From Mytilus californianus (taxonomy: Eukaryota): DNA of 64,000 nt. The translations under genes and the position numbers were made by a program. The DNA is taken from positions 33,046,001 through 33,110,000 of the forward strand of contig NW_026262712.1 of assembly GCF_021869535.1 (NCBI RefSeq). Reading direction: 5' to 3'. The notes under the pieces were generated by a model, which was given only the letters and a program-made list of their open reading frames with translations, did no database searches and was not told where the DNA came from. Numbering within the stretch: the stretch's first letter is position 1; each line of letters opens with the position of its first letter. Below, in pieces: positions 40,201 to 53,969 of this stretch.

Positions 40201-42074
40201 ACTATTTCTAAGAATTTATTTTTAAAGCTATTATCTGCTCCAGAAGGACGGTGGTCAGACGGAATAATTGAATGTTATACTAAAAAGTAGAACCAGAAGG
40301 CTGACAGATATTTTTTTTATTTGTCCTTATCTTTATGTTGAGAAAACCAAATAATTAAACGATATCAAATTATGACGACAGATCGCATTCAGAGAATAAC
40401 ACCATAATAAACAAAAGGTTAGGCAGTCCGTACTAGAAACATAGTTACCAGTTCTGAAACAAAAGGGTGGGACTACTTATTTTTTGACGTAGCAATTCTA
40501 TCTTTTTAACCTTTATACTTTATATCAAATTACCAACAATGATAATTGAATTATTTTTATTCTAATTACAATTAAAGAATTTGTGTTCTTCTGACTTGAC
40601 TAATCCTGCAGATTTTAATTTAATCTTTTCTATTAGTCTCTGCTTTTTTGATCAAGTCAATAATTTTCATGCGAACAAGAAATTTCTAAATCACATAGCT
40701 TCGTGATCTTAACAATATTTGATTTGAACTTTTCTTTGTTTACATTTTTAAAGATCACCTGATAAGGAGTCAAATATCGATGACACTGTGGACTACGACT
40801 TCTATTTTCCGAGTAATTGTCACTTACAACATTTCTGAAACCTTTAATGGGAAGAATCTCAGTGATAGCCTTGTTGGCTTGAAATCCCAAACTTGTTTCC
40901 TTTTACTTATTTTTGTACCTCTTACATTGTTTGACATACTTATAAAAAAAAGCTCCTGTTGGCCATGGCCTTTTGTCCTAACTAGGACAAATATTCAGCG
41001 GTCAAATAGCGAAGTCCATAGATCCCTACGATTGGCAGAATTAACTCAAGTTTGGAATTTACTAAACTTTCGATGGATATTATCTCCATAATTATGTTGT
41101 GGTTTGATGTCCTAATCATTTCTATCGTTTTTGTTTCTCTAAATATTTCGATTTCGAAGTACATTCAATAACAAGTTATACTGTAAAGAAATTACGGTTA
41201 CCCATTGTATTTGACCTTCCACAGTTATCAAAGTCACAAATCAATGCATTTAATACGGAAAATCGTATGTCCCTATCACATACATTTTTTCTTTAACATT
41301 GACTATGTCCTTGACAGAGGAATCGTAGCTTTTAAGTCATGCAAAACAATGACTAGTTTTCCAAAATATGTTTACCACTTACTTACATGTACTTCTTCAA
41401 CTAATAATATTTCTGAGTTAATCTAATAACAAGGTCTCGGGTGGAAAGTCACCTGTCACACTGGTCTTTGGGCCTGTTTACCTTTATCAAGGTCATGTGA
41501 TAATGAGGTTTATGTGAGGATTAGGCCGCGACTATTTGCAATTTATTAGTTTTGACGCTTGAATGAGTAGAGATAAATTTAACTATCTGCAGAGTAATGT
41601 CCGACTTTGTCGGTTAAATGCAATACTACGGGCATCAGCCAAACAGCATTTTGCTAATTAATGTAACCTGTACTTGGTTAGGTTTATATATTCAACCTTT
41701 AAAAGGGCTAAGTGTCGGTGCAGATAACTTTGTAAGAAAAGATTTGTATTGATTCCAAATAGCTTTTGTATGCCCGATACTAATATTGTACTGAAATAAT
41801 GATAATGATAAAATATGGTCTTGATAGCATGTAAGTCTTTGAGAACAAAATACTTTGGTGTGTCAGATCCATATTATTCGTAATACAAACTAATGATGTT
41901 AGTTTTATTCGAAGTGTTTTGTTTTTAGAACATGGATTTGGAATTTTCTGCACAGCATATTAAAATGAAACCCACCGATTTGTTCTGAAGTAATTCATTC
42001 ATTGTGAATTATATAAGAATGGCATGTCATTTACCTCATGAACCTACATTTTCTGTTGTAATTGCTTGTTTTAA

Positions 42075-42348
42075 GGTGGTACCTAACACTACAGGGAGAT
42101 AACTCTGTAAAAATCAGCTAAACGTTTTAATTACGTTGTATTGTTAAGGAAATATTAAGCTTCCCAATGATCAAAATTAATGTTTGTCAAACTGCTATAT
42201 AACCAACGAAATTTTTCTGATAAAGTGGTTGGTTCAAATTTTTTGAAATTTTTATATTTTTGTCAAAGGGTCAAAGTAAACATTATGTCAAAATTTTATG
42301 AAAATTAAACGAGCCAAATTCATTTTAGTCAAGGTGTTGGGTACCACC
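42075..42348. mobile_element. MITE with 15-bp TIRs (1 mismatch) and TTAA target duplication (Kolobok-like termini)
   Basis: TTAA(42071-42074)-GGTGGTACCTAACAC ... GTGTTGGGTACCACC-TTAA(42349-42352). Confidence 0.88.
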
Positions 42349-42744
42349 TTAATCAAGCCAAAACAGCTTTTTACAAGGTTTGACATTAAATTTTACAAAA
42401 TTTAATTACATTCAAACTCATCTTTAAAAGATGAAATTTGAGAATTTTACAATTACAATGATACATTGAATTATTTCAAGAGAAAAGGCCCGATTCACAT
42501 TTTGATTAGCTAAAGAGACAAATAAATGTAGTACAACCCAAAATTTTTTGGAAAGAACAGCCTAACTTATACACTGCAATATCTTATATTTACAATGAAT
42601 GGTTGCTGTTGCGAGACAAAGTCATTATTACAACTTGATCTCCTAGAGCAACAGCACCATACAACGCGCTAGGCATATATAACAAAGGAATAAAAGAGCA
42701 ATTTACTCGTCAAAGGAAATGACTTGCATGTATTTTATTAAAAT

Positions 42745-43025
42745 AGATGTACCTGCGTAAAGAGAGACGGAAGATACCACAAAGATATTCAAACTCACAA
42801 ATCGAAGACAAAATGACAACGCCATGAAAAAAAAAGAAAAACAACCAAAGCAAAAACAACAGTCAACAGCACACAACATTAAAAACTGTCTGCGCAACAT
42901 GAACTTCATAAATGCGAGGGTGATCTCAGGTGCTCCGGAAGTGTAAGCAGCTTCTGCTCTACATGTGTCACCCGTTTTGTTGCTCAGGTAAGTACAAGTT
43001 CGGTGGTGGATTTAATTCGGTACCC
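42745..43025 (-). mobile_element. Family D repeat
   Basis: GTGATCTCAGGTGCTCCGGAAG on the plus strand with the family D tail. Confidence 0.7.
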
Positions 43026-43163
43026 AAATTAAATCATAACAAAGATTAATGGCATAAATCACAACTTCAACTCCAGCCTTTTAATGAACGTTTAAGTGCC
43101 AGTGTTTTTTCGGAACTAGCTGAATACATGTTAAGTAACTAATATCTTAAGTCTAGGAAAAAG

Positions 43164-43333
43164 TACACTCCAGGGAAAATTCAAAACGGAAAGTGTCTTA
43201 TCAAATGGCAAAATCAAAATCTTAAACACAATAAACGAATGGAAAACAACTGTCATATTCCTGACTTGGAACAGGCAGTTGTTTATGTAGAGAAAGGTGG
43301 ATTTAATCTGGTTTTAAAGCTAGCTAAACGTCT
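43164..43333 (-). mobile_element. Family B repeat fragment, truncated at about the L1 strand of the twister motif
   Basis: Reverse complement contains AATCCACC...GCCTGTTCCAAGTCAGGAATATGACAG and the family B tail. Confidence 0.65.
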
Positions 43334-45084
43334 TATTATATTATTATATTGACAACTCATGCTTGACTTTATTAATTATGTAACTGTTATACTTCAAAAG
43401 GATACAACAGAAAAAGCATACGTTGTGGATCTTCCTGTTCTTATTCTACTTTTTGTTCTGCGAATGAGACTCTTTTTGTGTTTATAACTCGTGATAGAAA
43501 ACTGAAAAAAAATAAGGAATTAAAGTACAGAAGAATGTAAACACATAACAGAAGGAAAAAATAATAAGATACAAGCAGGAATAAAACACAACCATAATAC
43601 AGCACAATACGATGCGGGCAACAAATATAACACAATACCATGTATTCCAAAAGGTTAAAAAGATCCTGCTTCAATTAATAATCGGCAAATATCTAGTAAA
43701 AAAATTACTTCAAAAGTTAGAACATCTGACAAGAGCAATACGCAATTTCTACATATATTCTCTGTACGGATCTTTTAAATACGTGTAATGAAAAATGATA
43801 CCGGTATAGCAGTTCAAAGCATATTAATACATATGAATACAATGCTGATAATTGAATACACAAGATGCGCGTTTAGTATAGATAGGTGTTGGTCGATTTG
43901 TTGCGAAGTTGACGAGCATTAAAAAAAAATATAAATTGCTCTTCCAAGTCTTTTGAACGCATGTCATTATAAACCTGAGTTTCAGAATGTTGTAAAAATG
44001 CTATCATAGGCCTGTTGAACTTATCTATTCGAATGACTTTAACTGAAAAGGGACACAACCACAATTCGGAATTCAGAAGCAAATTCAATGCTACTAACCT
44101 GGTGTTTATGGGTAAAATGATAGACTGATTCGATTACAAAGCATTAGAGTCAAAAACTTTTGGAAATAGGAATAATGTTTATCGTTTATCGTTTTTATTT
44201 CAAAATTCAATTATGTATTCTGATTTTACCATATAACATAACTTTTAACGTTGAATATTGCAAACTATATATTTATCTTAATCATATGAAATAGAATTGA
44301 TGTTAAAAAAAAGAATTGATTCTAAATTAATTAGCATCAACATCGACCATTATAACTAGTACATAAACACCCATTTTATGTTTTACGTTATTAATTCAAT
44401 GTTTGAGAAGAAGAGGCACATGTCTGGGTGAATATTATCTAAACACTGTATCATCAGAATAAAAACTAAGTTAAACAAGTTTGACATTGTTTAAAAGATA
44501 AATCTTTATTAAAACTCAGCTTAAAGGAAAGCGTCTATCATACGATCGATAAGATAAGTTTATGTGAATGAAATATTTATTATTTTAATCTTGGTATCTA
44601 TGATGAGTTGATTCATAATGCTTATAATATTGCAACAAACTAACACCAGGTATTTAATTTCATGCTATGTAGGTGAATTTTTGCATTAAAATCTTTGTAA
44701 AATACATGGCACATTTTGGATACATGTTGAAAACCCTTGAAATGATTAATTGCTTTATTTGATTGGTAAACTTAATCACATAAATACTGAAGTAATTTGT
44801 ACATTCTATGCCAAAGGATCCAAATTATACATTATATGGAATATAAAAAGGCATATTTAGATAATACTTTCGTTTTCGCAGGAAATAAAGACAAAGAATT
44901 GTTTCTTCATATATTGAAAGACGTTAACTATCAACATTCATAATTTTCTAAAAGTAAAGGATTAAGAATTTCATATTCAAACAGATCATATACAGAAAAA
45001 ATATCCCATGACGAGCACAATAAAAAATTATTGGCTGACATATTTTTTGAATATCGCCAGGTGGTAAATAGAGAACACAACAAA

Positions 45085-45497
45085 TGGGTTGATCAATGTT
45101 ATTGTTTATTTGTGTGTTTCTCTGTCCTGTATGGTCTTCCATTTATTTGTATTGTAGTCCTGTCATGTAATGTTTTCATTTTAGTGTTATATTTAGCATT
45201 GCCATTAAAGCGGGAGGTTTGGCTAGCCACAAAACCAGGTTCAACCCACTATTTTTTCTTAAAATGTCCTTTACCAAGTCAGGAAAATGGCTATTGTTAT
45301 CTTATAGTTCTTTTCTCTGTGTGTTGCATATGTTTGCTTATTTCTCTGTGTGTTGCATTTTAGTGTTTCTCTTATGTCTTTGTTCTCCTCTTATATTTGA
45401 CGTGTTTCCCTCAGTTTTAGTTTTTAACCCGGATTTGTTTTTTCTCAATCGATTTATGAATTTCGAACAGCGGTATACTACTGTTGCCTTTATTTGT
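45085..45497 (+). mobile_element. Family B' repeat with twister-like motif at 45200-45292
   Basis: Homologous to 18075-18448 over its length. Confidence 0.75.
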
Positions 45498-45842
45498 TTC
45501 CTTGTACTTTTCAAGATATTGGTTACAAATTCATTATATTAAACAGATGAAGTAAACCATTTTTAATTGAAAACATTTATGAACATTATACTCCCCTTGC
45601 AAAATCTCAGCTTCTTTGTTAAAAAAGAAAAAGAAACTTTTAAAATGCAACTTAGAGGAAATGCATGCAAACAACACCCGTATTACTTGATAATTACTAA
45701 GTTTGCCTAACATATGCAGGGGGCATTGTAACAATATCTGTCCATGTTATGCATAGTATTGTTTCACTCAGCTTCAAACTGACATGTTCAATCCTCAACG
45801 TTACAATGTTGTATGAACACCTTATGGAAACTACATGTATAA

Positions 45843-46290
45843 CACAAAAGAGAGGTAAAAGACACCATAGGAATTCAAACTCATAAGTCGAAAATAAACT
45901 GAAAACGCCATGGCTAAAAAGAAAAAGAAAACAGACAAACAACACTATACAAAACATAACATAGAAAACTATAGACTAAGCAACACGCACTCTACCAAAA
46001 ACTGGGAGTGATATCATGTGCTCTGGGAGGATAAGCAGATCATGATTCAAATGTGGCACTCGTCGTGTTGATTAACAAGGTACAAACCCGGTGATAAGTT
46101 AAATTTGATAGGTCTATTCGGCGAAAATGGGATTGTAGTTACGACAATTGGAACATATATATACGTCGCCATCTGTGTAACAGATTCACCATTACGGTCA
46201 ACCAACTGGTGATATCGTCCTTAATTTACGAAGGGATGATTTTAACTTCCGCGCTTGGAACTCTTGGTTTAATGATTTATTTGTTAACAG
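45843..46290 (-). mobile_element. Family D repeat, longer copy
   Basis: Same core and tail, with ~200 bp extra 5' sequence. Confidence 0.7.
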
Positions 46291-47779
46291 CAATCAAGGA
46301 AATCCAGATGGGAAATGACATGTTTTTTTTATTACGAAAGTCACTGATGAACGTATAAAACTAATAGCACTATTCATTTTTTCTTTTTTTTTTGTTTTAA
46401 TTATTTTGTACCTTAACCATTTCATTCCACAGATAAATTTGTCATTTGTACTCAGCAAAACCTTTTGAACCGTTTGGCCGAACTGTAATTCTATTTCGTA
46501 CCATTTAGATTTAGAACTAAAAATGCTATTATAAGATTGGGTACACAATTTTACGTTAGATTATTTATCTTAGACATCAAAATATATTTTGATATTTCAA
46601 TTCAGCTTTCTATCTTTTTTATTTCAATTTTATTTAATTATTACACCTTCCCTGTTTGTTCCTGCAGAGATATCATAAAATTACTTAATTCTAGAATTGG
46701 ATCGACGTGAAACAACTATTACGAAATGATTTGCATGCAAACATGCATTAAAACACAACCTCAACCTTGAAACTTCAACATTTGATTAAGGACGACAATG
46801 TTGTACTTTTAGAAACATTGTGCGCATATTTCCATAAATTCACCTCTATTTTAACATTGTTTTAAATCGATAGAAATAAGATAAAAATATGTGTTGTTCC
46901 AGGTGCCATTTCATTAAACAGGGGTAGTTTGATAGGCTTTGAACTCTGTGTAGAAACTGACAGTCTTAAACTCTACTTTGTACATACGATATCTAAAGTT
47001 TTTCATACGATAACAAGGTGGGTTTTTTTTCTTTTAAAACCCCCCTTTTTGTTTGAATGCTTATTTGTTTATTTGAACTATATGCAGGATGAACACCTGA
47101 AATCACATCCTTGTTCATTGCCTAGTATGCAACGAACAGATTGGGCATTCATGTAGTTATATAGTGCTATGTATTTATAGTTTGAGTAAATAGCCTACAC
47201 AATCACATCGTCAAACCTTCTAAAGATATAGAATTTTGTTTCCATGATATCATATCGATATTCTATACTTAATATATATCTTTCAAAACGTGTTCTTGAA
47301 CGATGCATTTGAAGCAATTTGATAAGGTAAATAGATGCATGTTACTGACATTTAACAAATCAAGTTATCATCTATCAATTATAAATGTATGGTTGTATAA
47401 ATATTCAATAGAAAGAATTGCTTATCTTGTATCTTCCGCCTCTCTTATACATTAAAATTGTTAATTTTCGTTAGATTTTTATTTCGCGTTTTCTTAGACC
47501 TAACCTGTTTACCAGGATTTGTTTTCTATGATTGTCCATCATTCTGATGTAAACAAAAAAAACCATATGAAAGTAGATATATTTGTGATATCATGGCAGT
47601 ATTATATTAACAAGAACAATAACGATTTCTTAGCAGTTATTTATAACCCGGGGCAAAAATGTAATACAAATTTAAGGAATATTAATATTACCGTCTGTCA
47701 CCATTATGCATCGGGAACATTAGAGGGGTGTTAAGTTGGACAAATGCGGGTTTTTTTTTCGTATTCAAAAGTCCCTAAA

Positions 47780-48087
47780 AATGCCTTTTATTGTGTGTCT
47801 TTTTATGTTGTAATGTTATACCACTGTTTCGGGTTAGGGTGAAGGTTGGCGCCTGTTAAAACGTTTAAAACCCGCTGTATTTTTATGCATCTGTCCTAAG
47901 TCCGGAGCCTGTTGTTCAGTGGTTGTCGTTTGTTGGCGTGGTTCATAAGTGTTTCTCGTTTCTCGTTTTTTATATAGATTAGACCGTTGGTTTTCCTGTT
48001 TGAATTGTTTCATGCTAGTCTTTTTGGGGCTCTTTATAGCTTGCTGTTCGGTCTCATTGGCACTCATACCACATCTTCTTATTTATA
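47780..48087 (+). mobile_element. Family C repeat with twister-like motif at 47821-47922 and an internal deletion in the tail
   Basis: Same sequence as 455-890 in opposite orientation; P4 partly decayed. Confidence 0.8.
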
Positions 48088-50342
48088 TTTGCATTAAAAT
48101 TCACATATAGGGAACATGATCCTTTAAGGTAAACGTGTCATAACTTCAAATGAAAGCATGCACAGATTGTAGTTAAGGAGTCAGTAAAAACAAATATATA
48201 GAATGTATGCTTTCTTTTTAAAAGTATCAAATGTAGCAATATTTACAAGAGGTTGTTTATAGAACATGCCAAGAAGAAATCACATGTCTGGATTCCGCAA
48301 GAAATACAATATAGAACTCTAAGTAGAGATACATCTTTAGAGAAATAATTACAATATTTTTCTAATATAAGTGAAAAGGAAAACAAATCAAACTGATTTT
48401 AGCTAAACATAGGACAATGCCACAGATGTTTTAAATTGACCTTTCATAATCATTACCAAACCGTTAACAACATGCACATGATATAGACAGAGGAAAACGT
48501 TCAGTTCAAAGCAGATTAGAAGAATGATAATGTGGATAGATTTGCGCATTCGATCGATATAAGTTTGTTTATAAATTTCACAGTACTGTTTCGATTACAA
48601 ATGTAAAACAAAAGCCTGTTCTTATGAAAATTCTTAAGAAGGATCAAGTCTTACTTTCAATTTGCGTAAAATATGACTTTATTTTCCTTTTCTTCATTTT
48701 GTTCACAAGTAATATAAGAGCCTACTATGATTATATATCTAAAAGCGAGAGAGTTAAACAACGTTTCCTTAGATTGCTTTTTGTCTGTGAAGTTTCATTT
48801 TTGGTAAAGCAAAGAATCTGTTATAGGGTTATTACAAAAGACTTTAAAAACTGCATCTAAAGTGGCATTAATCCTACAGGATACATCGGATTAAACACTC
48901 AATTCCGACCTACTACAAGCAAAACGAGAGATTTGAATGCTGTTGGTTTTTTTTTATTGGATGGGGCTTGTTATTTGGATGTAAATGTCTGGACAAAGTA
49001 CATGCTGTGTAATCCCGAGAAAACTAACAAAAAGAGCAAAAAGAGCATATTAGTCCCCGAGGGTATCATCAGCTCAGTAGAACTTTTCTAAAATTGTCCG
49101 TTTATAAATTTTGAAATTATACAGAAACTGAGGTTTTAACTCCCTCAGGCAAAGTTGACCTTAGATGGATTTGGGTACTTTTTGTCATATAGCTCTTCAA
49201 CTGTTTTAGTTCTTATACATCCTTAGCTTCGGACGCATTTAATTTATAACGTGTTGTTTTCATGTTTTGAACTAGTACTATTACTTACATTGTTTAATGT
49301 TAAACTACGAACAAAACGTGATAGATAAGTATTTCTGCTTGTTCCAAACCAGAAGGTAACCCGCGCAAGCGCTATAAATCACTATTATTGATTGATTGAT
49401 TTCTTTATTTAGCTGTCCTATTATTGTTAAATAGACGTCCGGAAAATACAATGGAGCATGAAATATTTAAAAAAAAACTACTACATTCTCCATACCGCGA
49501 TTATTTTAAGAAAGGAAGATAAAGTAAAAACAAACATTAACATTTGTGACATCATATAGTTCCAGAACATTCAACTGCTTGGAGAAGTCATTCAAATTTG
49601 TATCTAAATGCATATTTTAATATAACGCATAACACCATTTCAAGTTTTAGCCAGGCGTTTTTCTTATTATTCGTTCCTTCGATATCATAAAGATATACCA
49701 ACGCATTGCTGTTCTTTTGACATTGATTGAACTTGTACTCGTGGATGGTTTATTGTATTAAGACATACATATCACTTTACAACACTTCCTGATTTTTGAT
49801 GTATTCAAATTCTAAGGCCTACATACATATCATTGATATCCTGTGGCAGTCCAAATTTATCACCCTCTATCCATGTCGTGTCATCTTCCAGAACCTTCTG
49901 ATTGTTTTTAGTTTCGCATCCTGAATAGGCATTAAGTAATTGAATAATCTATGTAGTAAACGAAAGGTATAGTAATGTCTTCCAAAATATATCTTTTTTT
50001 GGGATAGTTATTTATTGTCACTGCATATTTTCAAATATATGCAGCTTGTTACGTAAGAACACAGTTTAATTTAAATATTCTCAAAACGCTATCATACGCT
50101 TGGGTGCACTATTTTACGTTAGATTGGTTATCTATGACATTAAAAATGTATTTCGAGATTTCAATTTAGTGTTCAATCTGTATCATTTCATGGTATATCA
50201 TTTATTACAAATTCTATGAATGTCCTAGCTGAGATTTCATAAAAACATTCCATGCTAGCACTGGATCGTCGTGAAAAAAATATTGCATAATCATTTGCTT
50301 TCAAACATACATTCAAAGTTCATTATTGAAACTTTGACAAAG

Positions 50343-50600
50343 AACTCATCAAATATACCAAGATTGAAATTATGTACGCCAGACGCGCATTTAGTCTACA
50401 AAAGACTCACCAGAGACGCTCCAATCAAACAAATTTAAAAAGGCCAAACAAAGTACAAAGTTGAAGAGCATTGACGACCCAAATTTCTACAAGTTTTGCC
50501 AAATGCTGCTAAGGTTATCTATTCCTGGGATAGAAAATCCTAAGAATTTCGAAAATTCAATGTTTTGTAAACAGTCATTTTATAATTATGACTATATTAA
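50343..50600 (-). mobile_element. Retrozyme-like repeat with a degenerate type-I hammerhead ribozyme (50376-50420)
   Basis: Minus strand GCGTCT-CTGGTGA-GTCT-TTTGT-AGAC-TAAA-TGCGCGTC-TGGCGT; stem II GTCT/AGAC is intact, the core is mutated from CUGAUGA and GAAA. Confidence 0.65.
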
Positions 50601-51038
50601 TGATAATTCTTGTCAACACAGAATTCGCGGCAATGTTGAAAGATATAGTGCTTATTTTGATATCAAAGTAATAACAAAATTAAATTCGATACTTGAGATT
50701 ACAAGACATAGTTTTTATTAATGTATGAGAAAACTGACGATATTGTTATCACATGATACTACAATATTTTCATTTAAAACCCTGACTTTATCGGAGTATT
50801 TCAATAAAATGTATATAACCTTGTAGTTCTCAATCAAGAGCTCCTGACGATTTCTGTTGGATAAGCATTCTGCTGATGTTTGAGATGTAAAAAGATTTAA
50901 CAATACATAATTTTGTAGTTTTTCTTTAAACTTGAGAAGTTGGAAGACCTTAAGCAAATTTGTAATAGAAATTCAAGAAATATAGTTATTTACATCTGAC
51001 GTACTGATGCACTTCGAACATCTGCGGCGGGGATATAT

Positions 51039-51236
51039 AATGCGTTTTGTTTTGCCGAGATTAAAAGCCCCCAAAATAATGCGGTTTTGTCTTGCCGAGA
51101 TTAAAAGCCCACCCAAAGAATGCGTTTTGTTTTGCCGAGATTAAAAGTCCCCAAAATGATGCGTTTTGTTTTGCCGAGATTAAAAGCACCCAAAAGAATG
51201 CGTTTTGTTTTGCCGAGATTAAAAGCCCCAAAAAGA
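51039..51236. repeat. Minisatellite, 39-41 bp unit x5
   Basis: AATGCGTTTTGTTTTGCCGAGATTAAAAGCCCCCAAAAT repeated head-to-tail at 51039, 51078, 51119, 51158 and 51197. Confidence 0.95.
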
Positions 51237-53969
51237 TGTATTGTAAACACATTTTCATATACAAAACATGATCTTTTATATATCACCAAATCACTGTTTG
51301 CAATGAATGCATATAGAATCGTACGTTCAATATTCTGTTTTTGCATTTATAAAATATTATGAAACTTAGGTTTCAGCTCACTCAAACAAAGTAAGATGGA
51401 TTTGGCTATTATGTTTAGGTCTTTTATCGGTCACATAACTTTTTCGGTTCTTATACATCCTTTAATTAATCCTTCAATTGTTTGGCTTCGGTCATTCTTG
51501 AGGAAAGTAAATCCAAAAAAGCGCGTCGGATTTATGAAATTTATAAAACTGTGTTTCTTTTGTTTTTTTTTTTTGAAACGATAAATATAAATAAAGTATT
51601 ATGTGTGTTGTTTCTTTGAAATCCTAAAGTATCAATGTTTACATGAAGAAGTTTTATCGACCATACTAGCAGAATACATGCTTCTGAAATATTTTAGAAA
51701 TTTATATTCTTGTAGTCTTCAAGGAAGGAAAATAAATTTATCCATATGATTGTGCCACAGAAGTGATCAGTTGACGTTGATATTGATTACAGAATCATTT
51801 TACTGCATTCATTTGAAAACAAGGGGGAATATTAATTAGAAACTAGATGAGCAGAATAATAATGAAGATACAATTATCTTTCCAATTCAATTGATCTTTT
51901 TCTAATGCTAGAACTGTTTTCAACAACGCAAGGGAAAATTTGTGATTTTGTTTTTCTTTTAAACAATTAATTAAGATCGGAATATTTCAATGAAGCAGGA
52001 AAAATCATTTCAGCTACAATAATCAAAGAAAACTTCCTACACAGTGTTAAGCAACGTATTCAAAGCCACGATTACAGACACAAAAAAATCTCGAATTGAG
52101 CTACGCTGTTAGCATTTTTTTTTTTCTATCTTTGCATATGGCGTAGAACTTATCTAACGCTAATTACAAAATCCGAAAGACAATGATAGTTGATTTTTTT
52201 TAAACTTCTGATGATTTAAAATGATGCACTGTCTTAACCACAGATAAATTTAAGAATGGTACAAAAACCTAATCAACCAAATGTGCTAAATTTATTTTTT
52301 ATACAACTCATCCTTCCTAGATTCATTCTTGCCAATAATCACAAATTATTTGAATACATAGAAAGTGGTCTTCAAAGTTGTAAACTACTACCTTCATAAC
52401 TGCTTCATAGGCGAAAGGTAGGGAATATTTCACAGCTGATTTGCGCCAAAAAGATACAAAATTTTACACGATAAAGCTCTCCTTCCTTGGGTTTATGTAT
52501 CAACAAATTTGAGATAAGGTTATCCAACTCAGATTTATTTCAATATCTCTGTTCCCCATGTTATCACGTGATTAGTAAAGATATGACTTTTTACTAGCAA
52601 CTTACTAAACAACAGCGTAACACAACCGACACCAAATTGAAAAAGTGAAAAGGGGAAAAGTTGAATTGAGTTCTCGACAAACGTAATAAAAAATTGACGA
52701 AAATAGCTCACGTGTTCCTATCGGCACAAAAAAATACATAAGTTTTATATGTTGATTATGAAAATTTTAAATATAAATTGTATTTTATTTTTTGTTAAGG
52801 ACAAAACAAATTTTAAAAAACGTGTTTCATCAAAAGAAAAATAAAGTAATCAACGGCGAAGAATGCGAAGTTTGTTCTATTGTTGTGCTGTTTGATACAC
52901 CATTGTTCCACGATAGGAAAGGAGATGTAGTAATATTGGCTATTAGACAAATAACACCGTGATGAAATTACAAAGAAATGGTTGAATGCCGTATGGTGAC
53001 CTATAGTTGCTAACTTCTAGGTCATTTGGTCTCTGGATGAGAGATGTTTCACTGTCAAATATACAACATCTTCTTATTATTTGATAAATATGTTTCACTC
53101 CGCCAAATTTTTATATGCAGCTGTCAGAAACCAGACGTCTGAATTTCCATTGAACCTGTTAAGTGTGGTTTTAATTTTTCTCCATTGTTTAATTTTGTTT
53201 CAATCAATCACATGCATAATTCAAGTTCATACATAACATGTATGCAATCTAAAGTAAACAACTTGATTTTTCTGACATTGATTATCACGTATGTGTAAAT
53301 GATAACTATAATATAACTGTTAATTATAAATAGGTGGGAATTCAATTATGTGTTCACATGTCTATGGTATATGTTGTATGAGGTATTCATCACTGAAATG
53401 ATTGATAATATTTTTCATTTTATCTAATGATACATTAAAGTACGGACGTGAAAGTGTTACCAAATAATAACATTAAAGATACAACTAAAAGTTTATCATG
53501 TTTATGTATGGATTCAGGGGACAGTAGAATCCCATCCTAACCCTTTTCTGTTTTACAAATGTAGGTCCTCCCCCCCCCCCTTTTTTTTACCACTCCGATC
53601 ACGTACCCCGTATAAAAAAACTTCTTGGATCCGCCATTGTAATTGATACCTGATTTCAATATCTGTTTCCTATGTAAGGAATTAAGATATGACTTACAAC
53701 CAGTTACTTAAGTAAACAACGTTTTCTGTCCTGAAAGCAGATAAGTGCGTTTGGATGTGATCATCGTAAACAAAAGATATGTTTAAACTCTAAGACTGAA
53801 TGTTTTCAATTTGTCCGTAATTGGTAGACAAAATTTCTTTCGAGCCTGATTCACATTTCTAATTTAAGTATATGTCAATCATTTACGGACACAAGATACG
53901 CTTTAAATCTTGGTAATTTTGATGACTGATCAGATAATGAACTTCCAAATGTACTTTTGAACTCGGTAT

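Larger units (their letters stand above)
7750..43050. repeat. Old, nested segmental tandem duplications (units ~7-9 kb, each with a ~1.2 kb internal duplicate)
   Basis: AAGGTGTCTTTAAT anchor at ~10301/11486, 19535/20733 and 28050/29273; AAAAGCAT(G/A)CAC anchor at ~7797, 17013 and 23746; CTTTGATTTCT anchor at ~13670, 21963, 32213 and 40130; GCCCGATACT at ~16107, 23027 and 41771. Confidence 0.85.

Noticed and set aside
51039-51362. 39-bp repeats as a CRISPR array or repeat protein
   Set aside because: Head-to-tail units with no unique spacers, eukaryotic context and no cas genes; overlapping ORFs on both strands are a by-product of a unit length divisible by 3.
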